From: Paraphysomonas bandaiensis
Taxonomy: Eukaryota; Protista; Chrysophyceae
Length of the DNA stretch: 64,000 bases
Assembly (NCBI GenBank): GCA_965644295.1
Contig: CBFFRP010000068.1
Location: 114,534 to 178,533 of the forward strand
Reading direction: 5' to 3'
In this document: piece after piece, positions 38,884 to 51,500 of the stretch
Numbering within the stretch: the first letter of the stretch is position 1
Layout: each line of letters begins with the position of its first letter
The notes under the pieces: generated by a model
Databases searched by the model: none
What the model was told of the DNA's origin: nothing
Seen by the model: the letters and a program-made list of their open reading frames with translations, nothing else
Position numbers and translations under genes: made by a program

Positions 38884-40999
38884 TTACTGATGCGGAATGT
38901 CTGGTAGTTGAACAATAGCGGTTGCACTGACAGATTTATGTGTGTCACGGTCAAAATCAGACAGGTCCTCCTGACTGGCATTATTGTTAACCATCCAACC
39001 CCGAATTGTTTTGACCCCACTTGAAAGGGCTCGCGCTAACAGTCTCTCTCCTACGTCTATATCACGAACCTGATAACGTTGTCCATGAGCAACGGTGTGG
39101 TGCACTACCTGTATAAAAAGTACACAAACAAGGTATCAGCATTTCATTTTCACTGAAATAATCATAGCATCGCACCGTGATACTACGTGCTCTGAAGGTT
39201 CTTCTCCTGCCGTAAACATTTGTTATCCAGTCGTCCATCCACCAATCTGTTAACTCAGGAGGGTAATAATTCATACCAAACACCTCCAAATGCAGGCGGT
39301 GCACAAAGTCTACAGTCAGTATCCTATTGTCCTTTCCTCTGACAAAAGGGCCTACAACCCCGTAAGGTTTAGACAGCCTCATCAGTGCTCCTGCAAAGGC
39401 TTTGGACCAATTTTCTCGAAATTCGACGTCGTCATTTACGCGATATAAGAACTCTGCACCCATGTCGTAAGCTGTTCGGGCCATTTCCAGAAATACTGGT
39501 CCTGGCTTTTTGACAACATTATCTACTCGTACAGGCTTAAGAGACATCCAGATTCCATTTCGCTTCAGTACACCCTCCACATTTAGATTAAACCATGAGA
39601 TCACTTTAGACATTCCCTGTTACACACCCTCAGATTACCTAGCTCCTTCAGTAGATATAGTCATACCCACCTCCGAAGAGTCATAAAAGGGATCCCCGAC
39701 ATCATATCCAAGGACAAATACATACCGGTACCCGCAGTCCAATGAGCGTATCAGAGATGGGAACAGAAGCGTGAATAGCGCAAGAGAGTCAAAATTGATT
39801 TCTGCTAAACCACGAGTAGTGGAGCCAGCCATAACCGCTATCAGGGGTGATGAGGCGTCGTAGTTGGAGGCATGACAGAATGACACATCTCGTGATGATA
39901 TCGTCTTCGCTGAGAAGTAAGCACCACAGCCTTTGGACCTAAACTCTACCCTGGGAAGACCTCTCGGTAGACGTCCCCATGAAGAACCCGGAATAATTTG
40001 ATACCTCTGTCGCGTGGTGTCGCAGTATTCTAAGATCAACTATCACCACAGGAATAAGAGTTAGATGGCGTATTGGTTACCGCGAACATCCATGGGGAAC
40101 TTCGATAAAAGATTTAATGTGGCTATTCCACTATTACTCCCCTTATACAGGTCACTGTTAGAGGGAGTGTCTGATTGAACTATAGGTATATTTTGAGTTG
40201 AAGCTTTTGATACGGGAGTAGCTGCAATATAAGTGACAATAATGGTGAGGGTAGTCTTAAAACACGGCCAAACAACGTGTACATACGTTTTTTCGGACGA
40301 GCATTTGAGCGAGAGGTGGACGAATAGTATCGTTTTGCGAGGTCTCCATGAAGACGCTGGCCAGTTCCTCGTCCAGCTGTTAGGTTGAACAATCGATGAG
40401 CTTTATCTGAACGAGCAGTCTCCACCTCAGAAATCGGTTCTAGACACCACAACATCAGCTTCTCGACGGTACACACAGCGGATAACTACCTGACATCTTC
40501 TTCCTTGATAATGCTGGTGGAAGCAAATCATGATCTACATATAGTGCACAATAAGATTACTATCAGTCCATATAATCACATAACCTGTACTAGAGGAAGT
40601 GTATTCATGTCCATCTCCTGGAGTACGCATTGGAGGGGGACGAATGCCAGTCAAATACATTGAATTCTTTAATTTTTCTTTAATAGTTTCACTAACCATA
40701 TCATTTCTATCATTAGATTCAGATTGATAATGATTTGATCTTAAAAAATTTGATATTCCATTTAAATTTGATTTCTTTTTCTTCATTCCACTCATGAGTC
40801 TTCTGTGTATATATGTATGATCCTTATCATAATCATGTGATTGTATAATACTGTCTATAGTATGACTAATATACGATGTATTAATGAAATACGAGGGTGT
40901 TTTATATGAAGATATATATAGAAATCCTATGAAAGCCCCTGTAAGGATAATGAGGGATCTTATAGCCATACGTATGGGTTTATAAGTAGAATGGGACAT
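38884..40999 (-). CDS. Type II membrane GT-A-fold glycosyltransferase-like protein (about 6 exons)
   Basis: N-terminal TM anchor, stem region, then PLIAVMAGSTTRG, FVLGYDVGDPFYD, AYDMGAEFLYRVNDD (DxD-like), WWMDDWITNVYG and HHTVAHGQRY. Confidence 0.7.
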
Positions 41000-41117
41000 T
41001 ACAGGAGAGTTATAGATAAATCATAGTTACAAGCATATTAAGAGATAATAATAATAGAGTATGATTATTTAAATATAAGGTAAAGTGATGATGAATGAAT
41101 GGATTGATTGCAAGACA

Positions 41118-41284
41118 CTGGGGGTGGTTGTGCATATCGATTTCATTGATTTGTTCATCGTTTATTTCATCGAAAAATCATCGTTTTTTCAGTGAAAAGT
41201 GACTTTTTAATGAAAAAACGATGATTTTTCGATGAAATAAACGATGAACAAATCGATGAAATCGATATGCACAACCACCCCCTG
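41118..41284. mobile_element. Near-perfect 167-bp palindrome (fold-back MITE)
   Basis: GGGGGTGGTTGTGCATATCGATTTCA.. pairs with ..TGAAATCGATATGCACAACCACCCCC over about 80 bp per arm with few mismatches; no TSD found. Confidence 0.85.
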
Positions 41285-41923
41285 TTGTGGAGTATAGTAT
41301 AGTATATATCACACTCCTGTATATATACATGTACATGAGGCTAGACAATGCTATTTACAGAAAAAAAATCCATGGTTTTTTAGTTTTGGTTATACTGCTG
41401 TACACTAGAATTTAATTTCTAAACTTTTTGATTTTAGTTATCGAAATATTGTAGCCCATTTCGTACAAAACACTCCAGGCTGTCGTATACGAATTTTGCT
41501 GCTTTTTGATGATCAACACATAAAATCCTGGATTTTTGTGCCTGACCGACATATTCTTGATCACTAACTCGAAGAGTCAATGAGAACCAATCATATGGTA
41601 TGCAAAATATTTTCATTGGCTCAGATCTCATTGTACATTGTATTTCTACATTAGACATAATCGATCCATATCTTACAGAGACACAAATTGTATAAAACTG
41701 AAAACTAAACCGTTGGGTTTGCATTTCTTCAAGTATGTGTAGACTAGATCTTCACCTCACAATGCGGAATGCTATCAATCTCACTTGTATAGAAAGTCCA
41801 AGAAATGTCCTATTTCAGGTCTATAGTCACATAAGTAGCATATCATGCATACAATCATAATTACATGCATTACTGTTGCAATTAAGTGCTTTTATATAAC
41901 ACTACATAGAGACATCACTTAAC

Positions 41924-42985
41924 ATGGAAGAGATCACAGTTGAAAACCCAGTCATTCATGACAATAAAGACGATAATCATTCAGATACAAGTGAAAGTAA
42001 TGAACGATCATGGAGTGTAAAACAGTTTGCAGATGAAGTTAATACGAATGCCAATGAAATGAAAGAACACTATAAAGAAATTGAATTACTTAAATCTTCT
42101 CATATGGTACTACTGAAGTTAGATGGGTATATGTCAATGAAGATTCCTTCTGATGTCCCAATTTTATTTGGTGGTAAAGAGCGTGATATTCATGGAAAAT
42201 TCAAAGACGATGGAAAAGATGGTCGTTTTCTTCTGTTCTTTTACGATATGAAGGCTTGCTTTGTTGTCGCATTGAGTCTTGTAGTCCTATTTGGCGAATT
42301 GTCCATTATTTCTGCAATCGTACAAGATCTAATTGAAGAAAACTGTGGGGTAGATGCTAACGGTCCTAACACGTCAGGTTATGCTTTACTGTTATGCTCT
42401 ATGTATGCAGCCCATGTTGCAAATGAAAGATTTGGGGGTATATTACCTATTGAGATCCACGAACTTTCATTTCCTGCTTTGGTGGCACTAAGGAAAATGC
42501 GTGATGAAGACTTGAAAAAAGGACTCGACAACAACAAAGCGCATAGTACATATTACAAGATGAAGTTCAATGAAGATGAGCAGAATGAGATAGCCGAACT
42601 GGTTAAGCCCAATGATGTGACATTTTCGAATGGCAATATTGTATATTTTATGCTTTGTTTCCTTGAAATTATCAATTTTTACTTGCTATATTCTGTTAGT
42701 CTTTTGATGGCGACCTCTGGATCTACACTATCGTTGATTCAGAACTTTATATCCGTCGAGATTGTCATACAGTTTCATGAAATTGTTCCCGTGGCATTTA
42801 ATATTGTTGACCCTTTTCCGAGTCGCTATAATGTTTCTATATTCGGAGCTTCCAACTTGATGGTATCTAAATTTGATGTAAAATTTAAGGATAACTTTGG
42901 ACGGATAAAGATGTATTTCGTGTGGTTTGGGGCTCTGCTCTTTATTTACTGGATTTCTAGTTATTCGTGCCAACATGAGGAATAA
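41924..42985 (+). CDS. Hypothetical multi-pass membrane protein (353 aa)
   Basis: Intronless ORF with about 4-5 hydrophobic segments; no recognised family. Confidence 0.75.
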   Translation: MEEITVENPVIHDNKDDNHSDTSESNERSWSVKQFADEVNTNANEMKEHYKEIELLKSSHMVLLKLDGYMSMKIPSDVPILFGGKERDIHGKFKDDGKDGRFLLFFYDMKACFVVALSLVVLFGELSIISAIVQDLIEENCGVDANGPNTSGYALLLCSMYAAHVANERFGGILPIEIHELSFPALVALRKMRDEDLKKGLDNNKAHSTYYKMKFNEDEQNEIAELVKPNDVTFSNGNIVYFMLCFLEIINFYLLYSVSLLMATSGSTLSLIQNFISVEIVIQFHEIVPVAFNIVDPFPSRYNVSIFGASNLMVSKFDVKFKDNFGRIKMYFVWFGALLFIYWISSYSCQHEE

Positions 42986-43373
42986 CTGGCAGTAAAAAGG
43001 CTGGGCCGTGTGAGTTGTTTTTACGTAAGTTCGCATAATACGGCAAAGTCCGTGTGCCGTATGATGCAAGTATCATGTTGTGTCGTATGGTCTATGTGCT
43101 ATAGCAATTGGATGCTAGAACTATGACGGCTTTGGCCCCGTCATAATAATTAATCATTACTTAGTTTAAAAACAAGAGAGAAAATATAGTCATGACAAAT
43201 TGGTATTTGGGGGGTTATTATGGCAGTCGTGAAAGTCTTATTATTTGTTATATATATACAGCATATACATTTACAAGACCAAACTATATGTATAAGTATG
43301 GTAAGAATATATACTATCAAACCAATAGCTTTTCTTAGAATACATACTAATATGAACATACTACACTCTCAGG

Positions 43374-43475
43374 CAGGGATAGGGAACAATATATTGCAAT
43401 ACTATTGTTAGATAGCGTTCCATATATAGTATTGATGGATTTTTTAAACCGGCCCTGCAATACTATTTCAATATA
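43374..43475 (-). mobile_element. Solo right-end fragment of the hAT element at 8582-10253
   Basis: About 100 bp nearly identical to the reverse complement of about 10150-10253, including the full 28-bp TIR. Confidence 0.9.
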
Positions 43476-44546
43476 CCTGAGAGTCTCAGGTATGTATATA
43501 CTATAATTTGGTTTAGAAACAATCTAATCGAATCATATGTGTAATGCTGAAGAATATTGTTTGACTTCTTGTTTCCCAAATATTTTAAAAAGTGTGACAA
43601 CGGATTGTGTCATAAGGAGTGGTCTTAACATATATGGTATGGTCTATATACGCAGAACTAGAGTAGAGGCGGGAAAAACACTGGACAGTTCTCGGTATGT
43701 GTTTCACCCTTCTCACACCAAAATACTAGTAAATTCATGGAATTGTACAATGCGTATATATTGTACATAGATGCTATGTAAGTATACGCTGTTTCTTCGC
43801 ACCACACGTACGAAAACAAAGTAAGTGTACTTCAACGATCACGCTAAAACCATTTTAATTAGTAAAGCAGTAACAACAATTGCACATCACTATACTCTGC
43901 AACAATCTCCAGCGATAACTACTATTTCGTCGTAGCTTTCGAGCTTGCTTCTCGCTGGACTTCAGTCAACGCAGTGAGCATCTCAATAGCTATAATCCTT
44001 TTTTAGAGTGCATTTGTATGCAACAATTAAGATTTATAGCTAGTTGTAAGAAATATATTTCGTGTAAGTTGAGTAAGAAAGATTGCTCACTTCAAACGGA
44101 GAATAAGAGGACCTAATAGTATAAGTAAAACACGACTGCAGATAGTATTAGAACCAAGAATCAACCTTATAATAGCATATCTTGTACAGCTGCACATCTT
44201 CTCTAGCTTGATAATAATTCAGTCAATTGTTATTTCATTGTATTTTGTTGTATTCATGTGTATAGTTTGTATGTATACGTGAAGAGGTATACGTGTATCG
44301 TAATACACAACAAAGAAAGTTTAAGGTTTACGTGATACAAGTTTAACTATAGTGAGATATCTATTTCTGACGTGCTGCATTGATTGGTCCATCTACTACC
44401 AATCAACAATTTACACTCGTAGACAAGTCATGAGCTTATATAATCACAGAATTTCAGTTAACATCTCGTCCGAACGAAGTAATACACTGCCCATTTATTC
44501 AACGTAAATTACTAAAAAGAAAAACATTACTAAAATAAATATTATT

Positions 44547-45608
44547 TCATTTACTCTGATTCATTCTCAGTAGACTAGCCCTTAACTCTGAAATCTCCTT
44601 ATCCTTCTCTGCAAGTTTCATATCCAAATCTGCAAGTTTGCTATCGAAATCTGTAAGTTTGCTCTCCCTCTCTGCAAGTGTAGTCAAATGCTCAAAGGTT
44701 CGCACCTGTTCCCGCTTTGTCTCCAACGCATCAAGAAAAGACATGTTCTTACCAGTTATGTAACTATCAAACAAAGAATAAGATGATTGCATTTTCTCTT
44801 TTGTAATTGTTCCAGATAAATTCGGAAATACGGCACTGAAATTCCACAACCACCTTGGAACTAAGTGTGGCTTTGTGATTCATATGAAACATCAGTGGTT
44901 CAGCCAACTCAATATCAATGGGGGACATCAAATCAGCTCCTTTAGACTTGGCACATGCAAATATCCATGTGTATCCGTCCGTTAAAGCCCCCCACACATC
45001 TCGATATGAACCTTTTAATCGATTATTTTCCACGCTCACACCAAGCTGTGAATAAAACTGATATATTTCATTATCTTCATACGTATCAAATATTGCCTCT
45101 GATGATATCATTGTATGTACCACTTGTGATTACACCATCTGGTTTCGATGGCGTTTGAAAAGTCGTCACAAAATCCACAGGTCCGTTGGCAATACTCGAC
45201 TCACTTGATAACTGCATTTCATGGTGCACATATGCAGAAACATCTGCAATATCTACTTTGTTACTACCGTCATTGTTATCATCGTCGATTGAAATTGTGG
45301 CATCCTTAGATTTAACTTTATCAAACGTTGCAACCAGTGATAGCAATTCATATACTAGAAAGTACATAGTTTTCTCATTCTTTTTTTAATATACAACTAT
45401 CAAATTTAGTTTTTAATAGAATAAAACGATATATAAAATAATCAAATGCTTTATCATTTAGTTGTATACATGGTAGAGATGACTGACATATACTAACATG
45501 AGGAAACATATTAGAAAATACTAATAAAGATTGAACTTGAGTGATATGATTATAAAGATGTTTATTAGAGTTTCTATTTCTAGAGGATTTAGTTTCAAGA
45601 GTATTCAT
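44547..45608 (-). pseudogene. Frameshifted gene for a Crinkler-type PD-(D/E)xK nuclease-like protein with a C-terminal coiled coil
   Basis: Four ORF pieces join by three frame changes with no room for introns: HHEMQL..NGPVDFV, SSEA, QFYSQL, VWGALTDGYTWIF, then a heptad tail. The family call is by motif resemblance only. Confidence 0.5.
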
Positions 45609-45689
45609 TCTATTAAAGTTATTAGTATGTTTGCTATCTATCTGTTGGAAGAATTATAATGATCTTAATTCCATACATACAACAGTCAG

Positions 45690-45828
45690 CATATTATAAT
45701 TTCGGGAATAAATTGAAGTAAAAATACTCTATATTACTGTAATAATACTACGGCTGGAATACAGATAATTATTGTCTCAATATTAGAGGCATCCTTGAAC
45801 AAAAATATATATGAAGGATGCCGATACG
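45690..45828 (+). mobile_element. Dispersed MITE-like repeat, copy 3
   Basis: Matches copies 1 and 2; ends GATGCCGATACG. Confidence 0.7.
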
Positions 45829-46104
45829 CATACACCATACAGCCAGAGATTATGATGCACTGATATTTACATTTTTACTCAATAAAATACCCATTTTAGA
45901 CATATGAGTTATAATATCCACATTTTCTAGACCTCGAAACCGGGTTTCTTTAGATTACTGTCCATATACAGTGAAGTAGGCAGATCTTTTAGTATCAATA
46001 GCCGAACATCCAGACATCTAAACGTTAAATGAATGCACTGGAACTGCTATATCGTGATACACAATCCTAGATTAGATAGAGGTGGGAAAACCTTAGATAG
46101 AGAT

Positions 46105-46230
46105 GTCACAAAATCCACAGGTCCATTTTGGCAGTCTTCAACTCATTTGACCACTGCATTTCATGGTGCACATGTGCAGATATAGCTGCAATATCTACTT
46201 TGTCACTACCGTACATTGTTATCATCGTTG
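46105..46230 (-). pseudogene. Diverged duplicate fragment of 45165-45290
   Basis: Shared GTCACAAAATCCACAGGTCC..CTGCATTTCATGGTGCACAT..CTGCAATATCTACTTTGT. Confidence 0.8.
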
Positions 46231-47267
46231 AATCATATGGAAATGGTAAGAAGCTTACAGAATGCATATCAACAGCACTTTAGTGAGTTTCATAGCAGGC
46301 GAATTCTTCTTGCATTCTATTCAAAGACTTGGCATACAGTAGACTCATTTAAATTGCATGATTATATGATTATGATAAACAAAACAACACACTTTGACCA
46401 CTTGTATAGATTAGAACAATAATATGAAGAGATATATTTTATTAGGGCTTTAGTTAGGTATTTTTCTTTAACAATTTTTCTAAGTATACAAAGTTTAGTT
46501 TGTTCTCTTAACTTCTACGTTTTTTGTATTATCCATCTTAGAGCAAAGTATTTGCGACAGATTGCTCCGAATCATCTTCAGCATCAGATGATGTAGCATT
46601 CGAACACTCCAGCAATGTTCTTGAAGTATTATTTCGAAGTTTTGGTTTTGAAGATAGATGTCATTCTGCTCTTCTACATCAGACGAAAGGATGGAAGAAA
46701 ACTTGGAGTGCCCGATGATATGATTTCGGAAGTTGAGTCATCATTGTGATTTCTCTATAATTGTGTACTATCTATAATGAAATCACATACAAATGACTGT
46801 CAATCATAATGTGTGGAGGAGAGATTCTGCTGAAAGCGAATATTGAAGTTGAATGTTTATATTAACCTGGTGCTAATACGAGAGTTCTGATGAGCCCAAT
46901 TCAGATGAAACAACACTTTTTGAGACAAAATGGGGATAACAGTAAATTAATTACGCTTATCACTTGAGAAACTAAGCCTTTAGCCAAAACAAAGTCAAAC
47001 ATATGCACTGAAACAAAGGGTAGAAATAAAGAAAATACCGCATCGTAGCATTTTGCAACACAATATTAGTAAATCTAGATAGCGAAAAAGTGTATAAACT
47101 TCCCGTATCAAGTAGTAATAGGTCTAGAGTACACATGAAGAGGCAAGTACGCCGAAAGTACACGCACATATGAAAATAAAGTACAGAGAAAACGACTGCT
47201 GCCTGACCTGGAAATTCCAGGCGCTAGAAATGAACATATTAAGCTGATAAGAACAAAACGGAATGTT

Positions 47268-47903
47268 TCACGTCAAGGGGGCTTCGATTCCACGCGGACT
47301 ATCACTGGTGCTGTATTTGTCAGGCGAGGAGGAGTAATTACTCACACTATGAGGTTCTACACATAGTGTGGGCGATATCAACACATTACACAAATTGCTG
47401 TCACAAACAGAACAAGGCGTACAATCACTGCTCATTGTTTCAGATGTAACAGCTGAAGAGGGTGGATAAGAAGTGCAAGTATTGCCTTCTGAATTGCTAG
47501 GTTCTGGTTGGTACAGTGAGATCAGTGCACGCCGCATGTCTCCGCCGTGCTGCTCAAGAGCTATAACGGCTTCCATCTGAGCTGATGAATGAAAGCAACG
47601 GTAGTCATCAGGTTGCCACCAGATGTCATCTCTAACCCCGCTTTCTATGTATTCCTTTCTACATGGTACAAGAATGACAGTTGTCCATCCAGAGAATGAC
47701 ACTTGTTTATTTTTTCTTGAAAGATATTCACTCTCTTCAATTGAATCAATACAATCAATATCTAAAGAATGACATTGTCTTATATTATCAATAGAGTTTG
47801 AATGAATAGTTGTAGCAGCAATATATTGAGCAAAGGTTGGAGTGGTTTGAGATGATGGGTATTCATGAAGTCTTCGCCATGTCTGCTTTCTTGTAAGCAT
47901 CAT
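47268..47903 (-). CDS. Hypothetical protein (211 aa)
   Basis: Intronless ORF with KQVSFSGWTTVILVPCRKEY..DDIWWQPDDY; KQVSF fits an RVxF-type PP1-docking pattern. Confidence 0.7.
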   Translation of the reverse strand: MMLTRKQTWRRLHEYPSSQTTPTFAQYIAATTIHSNSIDNIRQCHSLDIDCIDSIEESEYLSRKNKQVSFSGWTTVILVPCRKEYIESGVRDDIWWQPDDYRCFHSSAQMEAVIALEQHGGDMRRALISLYQPEPSNSEGNTCTSYPPSSAVTSETMSSDCTPCSVCDSNLCNVLISPTLCVEPHSVSNYSSSPDKYSTSDSPRGIEAPLT

Positions 47904-48565
47904 AATCAAGAATTAAATGCTTATGAAATAAGCAGATTGACTTCCCTGATAGTATATATATATATATAGTTTGAATATATGGTTTAGAATCAGTGGATTC
48001 AATGCATCAGTCCATAGCATCACTCCTACCCATACATATATATGTATGTATGTGTATGTATGTATGGTATACCAGTGATGTGTATGTCCTTATGGGTCTG
48101 CTTTGTCCACCACTAGTCACTTCTTCTATATGAGTATACAATGTATTCTTCTGTATATAGGTAGGTCAGGTCATCATTTCATTGGGTCATATTTTCAAGC
48201 CCACCTGCTCTATGTATGGATAAAATACACTGTTACATATATATCCGTCTATCTAGAAGTACATGTATATATATCTATGTATGTATGTATACTGCTGTAT
48301 ACACACACTGCTGTGTATGTCAAATTGTGTATGTATTATGCGGCAGTATATACTGCTGGAGGTATATATGTATGTGTATGTATATGTATATGTATGTACA
48401 TACAGTATATGCAGTGTGCGGTGTTTGAAGTGAGAAGTATGAAGTCATATGTATGTATGCAGAGTATGCAGTAGAAGGATGATCATCTCTATATACTCTT
48501 ATACAGTCAGATCCAGTCATATATAGCAGCCTATCCTCATATAACACCACTGTATAACCTCCATC

Positions 48566-51500
48566 ATGTCATTTGATCCATGGCAAAGTGCTAATGTATG
48601 GTTTACTACTTCATCATCAAGTTCATGGCGTTCTGGTGTAGTTCATAGTCACAATGTCTCGAATAAGGATCCCAATGAATGGATATTCATTATACATGAT
48701 ATTAACAATGATAACTATGAAATTCATGCATATCCATCTGATATATTTCATTTAGAATTTAATACAGTAAAAAAAAGAGATACAGATGCAATATCAGTAT
48801 CTGATATGACATCATTATCATTTTTAAATGAACCTGAAATGATTGCATGTCTTCAAACACGCTATACAGAGAAAGATATATATACAAGTATTGGTCCTAT
48901 TCTTGTGGCTGTAAATCCATTTGAAGATTTGAATGAGAATGTATATTGCCAACAAACTATAAAGAAGTATTTTGAGGCTGATCAAGCAACGATGAGGAAG
49001 CTCGGTCCACATGTGTTTCAGATTGCTAATTGTGCTTATTTACGAATGTTCATTGACAAGTACGACCCCGACAAACGAGAAAATCAATCTATATTGGTCA
49101 ATGGGGAGTCTGGAGCCGGTGTGTTTTACTTTAACTTACGTATTTTCACTTTCTCATATTATGTTACTAGGGAAGACGGAGTCTACCAAACAGGTACTTC
49201 GATTTCTTGCGGTTACGTCAGCAGAGTTGGCCACTCAGCTAGGAGAGGAGGTGTTGGACATTCAGTCGCTAGTAAGTGCTGTGAGCCCGATCACTGAGTC
49301 CTTCGGAAATGCGAAGACCTCCCGAAACAATAACTCTTCGAGGTTTGGAAAGTTTATCGAATTGTGGTACTCCACAGATGGATATATTGTTGGTGCACAT
49401 ATTCAAACTTACTTGTTGGAAACAGTGCGAGTTACTTCCCAGCTGAAGGGAGAGCGGAATTATCACATATTTTACGAAGTATTCGCAGGTGCTGGACATT
49501 AACTTCTTTTTTCAATTTTTGATGTATTATTCATGTGCTGATAATTTTGCAGGCCTTACGGAAGAACAGCGCGTAGAGTGGAAATGTGAGTCCCTTCAGG
49601 ACTTCAAGTACGTTAATACCAGCGGAGAGTACTGTCGACATGACGGGGAAAGCGATTTAGACAACTTCGGGAAACTGATGGATGCGCTGGCTACCATCGA
49701 TGTATCTTCAGATCGCACAGAAAATATATTCAAGGCTGTTGTGGCCGTACTACATATTGGTAACCTTACGTTCGATGCTTCATCCAATGTGGGAGAGGAT
49801 GCTGCAGTTTTTTCTGTTGCCAGTGAAGTACATGTGAGGAGTGTATGTGAACTGCTACAGATAGACGAAGAAATCCTACTGCAGGCGGTCACCAAACGCA
49901 GTATTAAGGTTGCCGGAAATCAGATTCTTAAGAATCTTAATGTGGAAGGAGCACTGGCTGCTCGAGATGTTTATGCGAAAACTTTATATGACTTGCTTTT
50001 TCGGTCACTGTTACAGGAAATTAATGTTTCCCTCAGTACGGAGGCTATTGATGAGGCTGTGTCGTTTATTGGGGTTCTAGACATTTTTGGATTTGAATAC
50101 TTTGCGAAAAACTCATTTGAGCAGCTTTGTATTAACTTTGCTAACGAAAAGCTCCAAGATCATTTCAATTATGCTATCTTCAAAAGTGAGCAAGAGGTGT
50201 ACGAGGAGGAGGGGATCCAGTGGAACTTCAAGGACTACCCAGACAACTCTGAGAGGCTAGAGCTATTTGAAAATAAGCGTACAGGTCTATTCCTTCTGTG
50301 TGATGAGCAGCTGAAAATTCCGAAGCCATCAGATGACAAGCTCGTGAAAACGTTCTATGCAAAGTGCTCATCCTATAAGCACTTTTCCGCAAGTAAATCG
50401 GATCAAGTGCGGAAGGAGTTCACAGTTCACCACTTTGCATGCGACGTTCGGTACATCGCCAACGAGTTTGTGGAAAAAAATCGAAACGAAATTGCCCCAG
50501 AAATCCTTTTCAGCTTTGAGGTATCAACCAGCGAATTGGTTCAGGGCATGGCAACGGTTTCAGAGGGAAAGTATGCGAAGAAGGATAGGGCTTTCAAGGA
50601 GCGCGAGTCGCTCCCGGAGCATCCATCACGTGGACGCACCAGTAGTACATCAGGTGCGAAGCAGCATGTATCAGTCGGTAAGAAAACAACCTCTGTGGCG
50701 TCACAGTTTTCTCGTCAGCTTAACGACCTCATTACTAAGATCCGATCTACACGATCTCATTTCATCCGATGCATCAAGCCAAACAACGAACTACAGGCTA
50801 ACCACTTCGATTATGACATGGTTATGAACCAACTTAGGTGTGGTGGTGCATTAGGTGCAGTGCAAGTATTTCATGCTGGTTTCCCAAACCGTTTAGACTT
50901 CAAGCTGTTTGTGACACGATATTCTACTTTCCTGGTAATATGCGGAGTGAATGCTCTTACCCGCGACCTCAGTGAGTGCATTCAGCGTGCTCTTGTGAGC
51001 GGTGCTGAAGATCTGTGGCGCGTTTCGGCCTCTATGCTCATTGATATTGTCTCGCTGACCATCACTATTCTCAATGTGACAGATGTTTTTGACTTTTCTA
51101 CTGATGTGGATGTCTTTAGTGGTCTTCAAATGGGTAGATCCCAGGTGTTCATGCGCGCACCAGTGTTTGAAATGCTGGAGCGCTTGCATGTTCGTTCTGT
51201 GGCTGTAATTGCTCAGCGAATACATCGGCGATTGCGCCTGATGATGTTGGTTCGAAAGGGACAAGCGCGTAATGCTGTGGTCCCTGCAGCACACGCCGTC
51301 ATGTACATATCCCATAAAAGGAGAATGGCTGCCAGGAACTGTGTTGCTGCGACTATAGTTTTGCAAAGACGAATTCGGGTGTTTTTGGCTGTGTGGAAAT
51401 ATAAAAGGGCCATCAGAGGCTTCACTTTATTAAAAGCACATTTTCGTGGCTATACTGCCCGGCAGATGGTCAAAGCCCTCAAATACCGTTCTGCTGCTGT

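Noticed and set aside
48103-48550. Tyr/Ile/Cys/Met-rich ORFs here and at 14463, 16714, 29560, 32210-32658 and 58241-58918
   Set aside because: Low-complexity promoter, intron or intergenic sequence, not coding.
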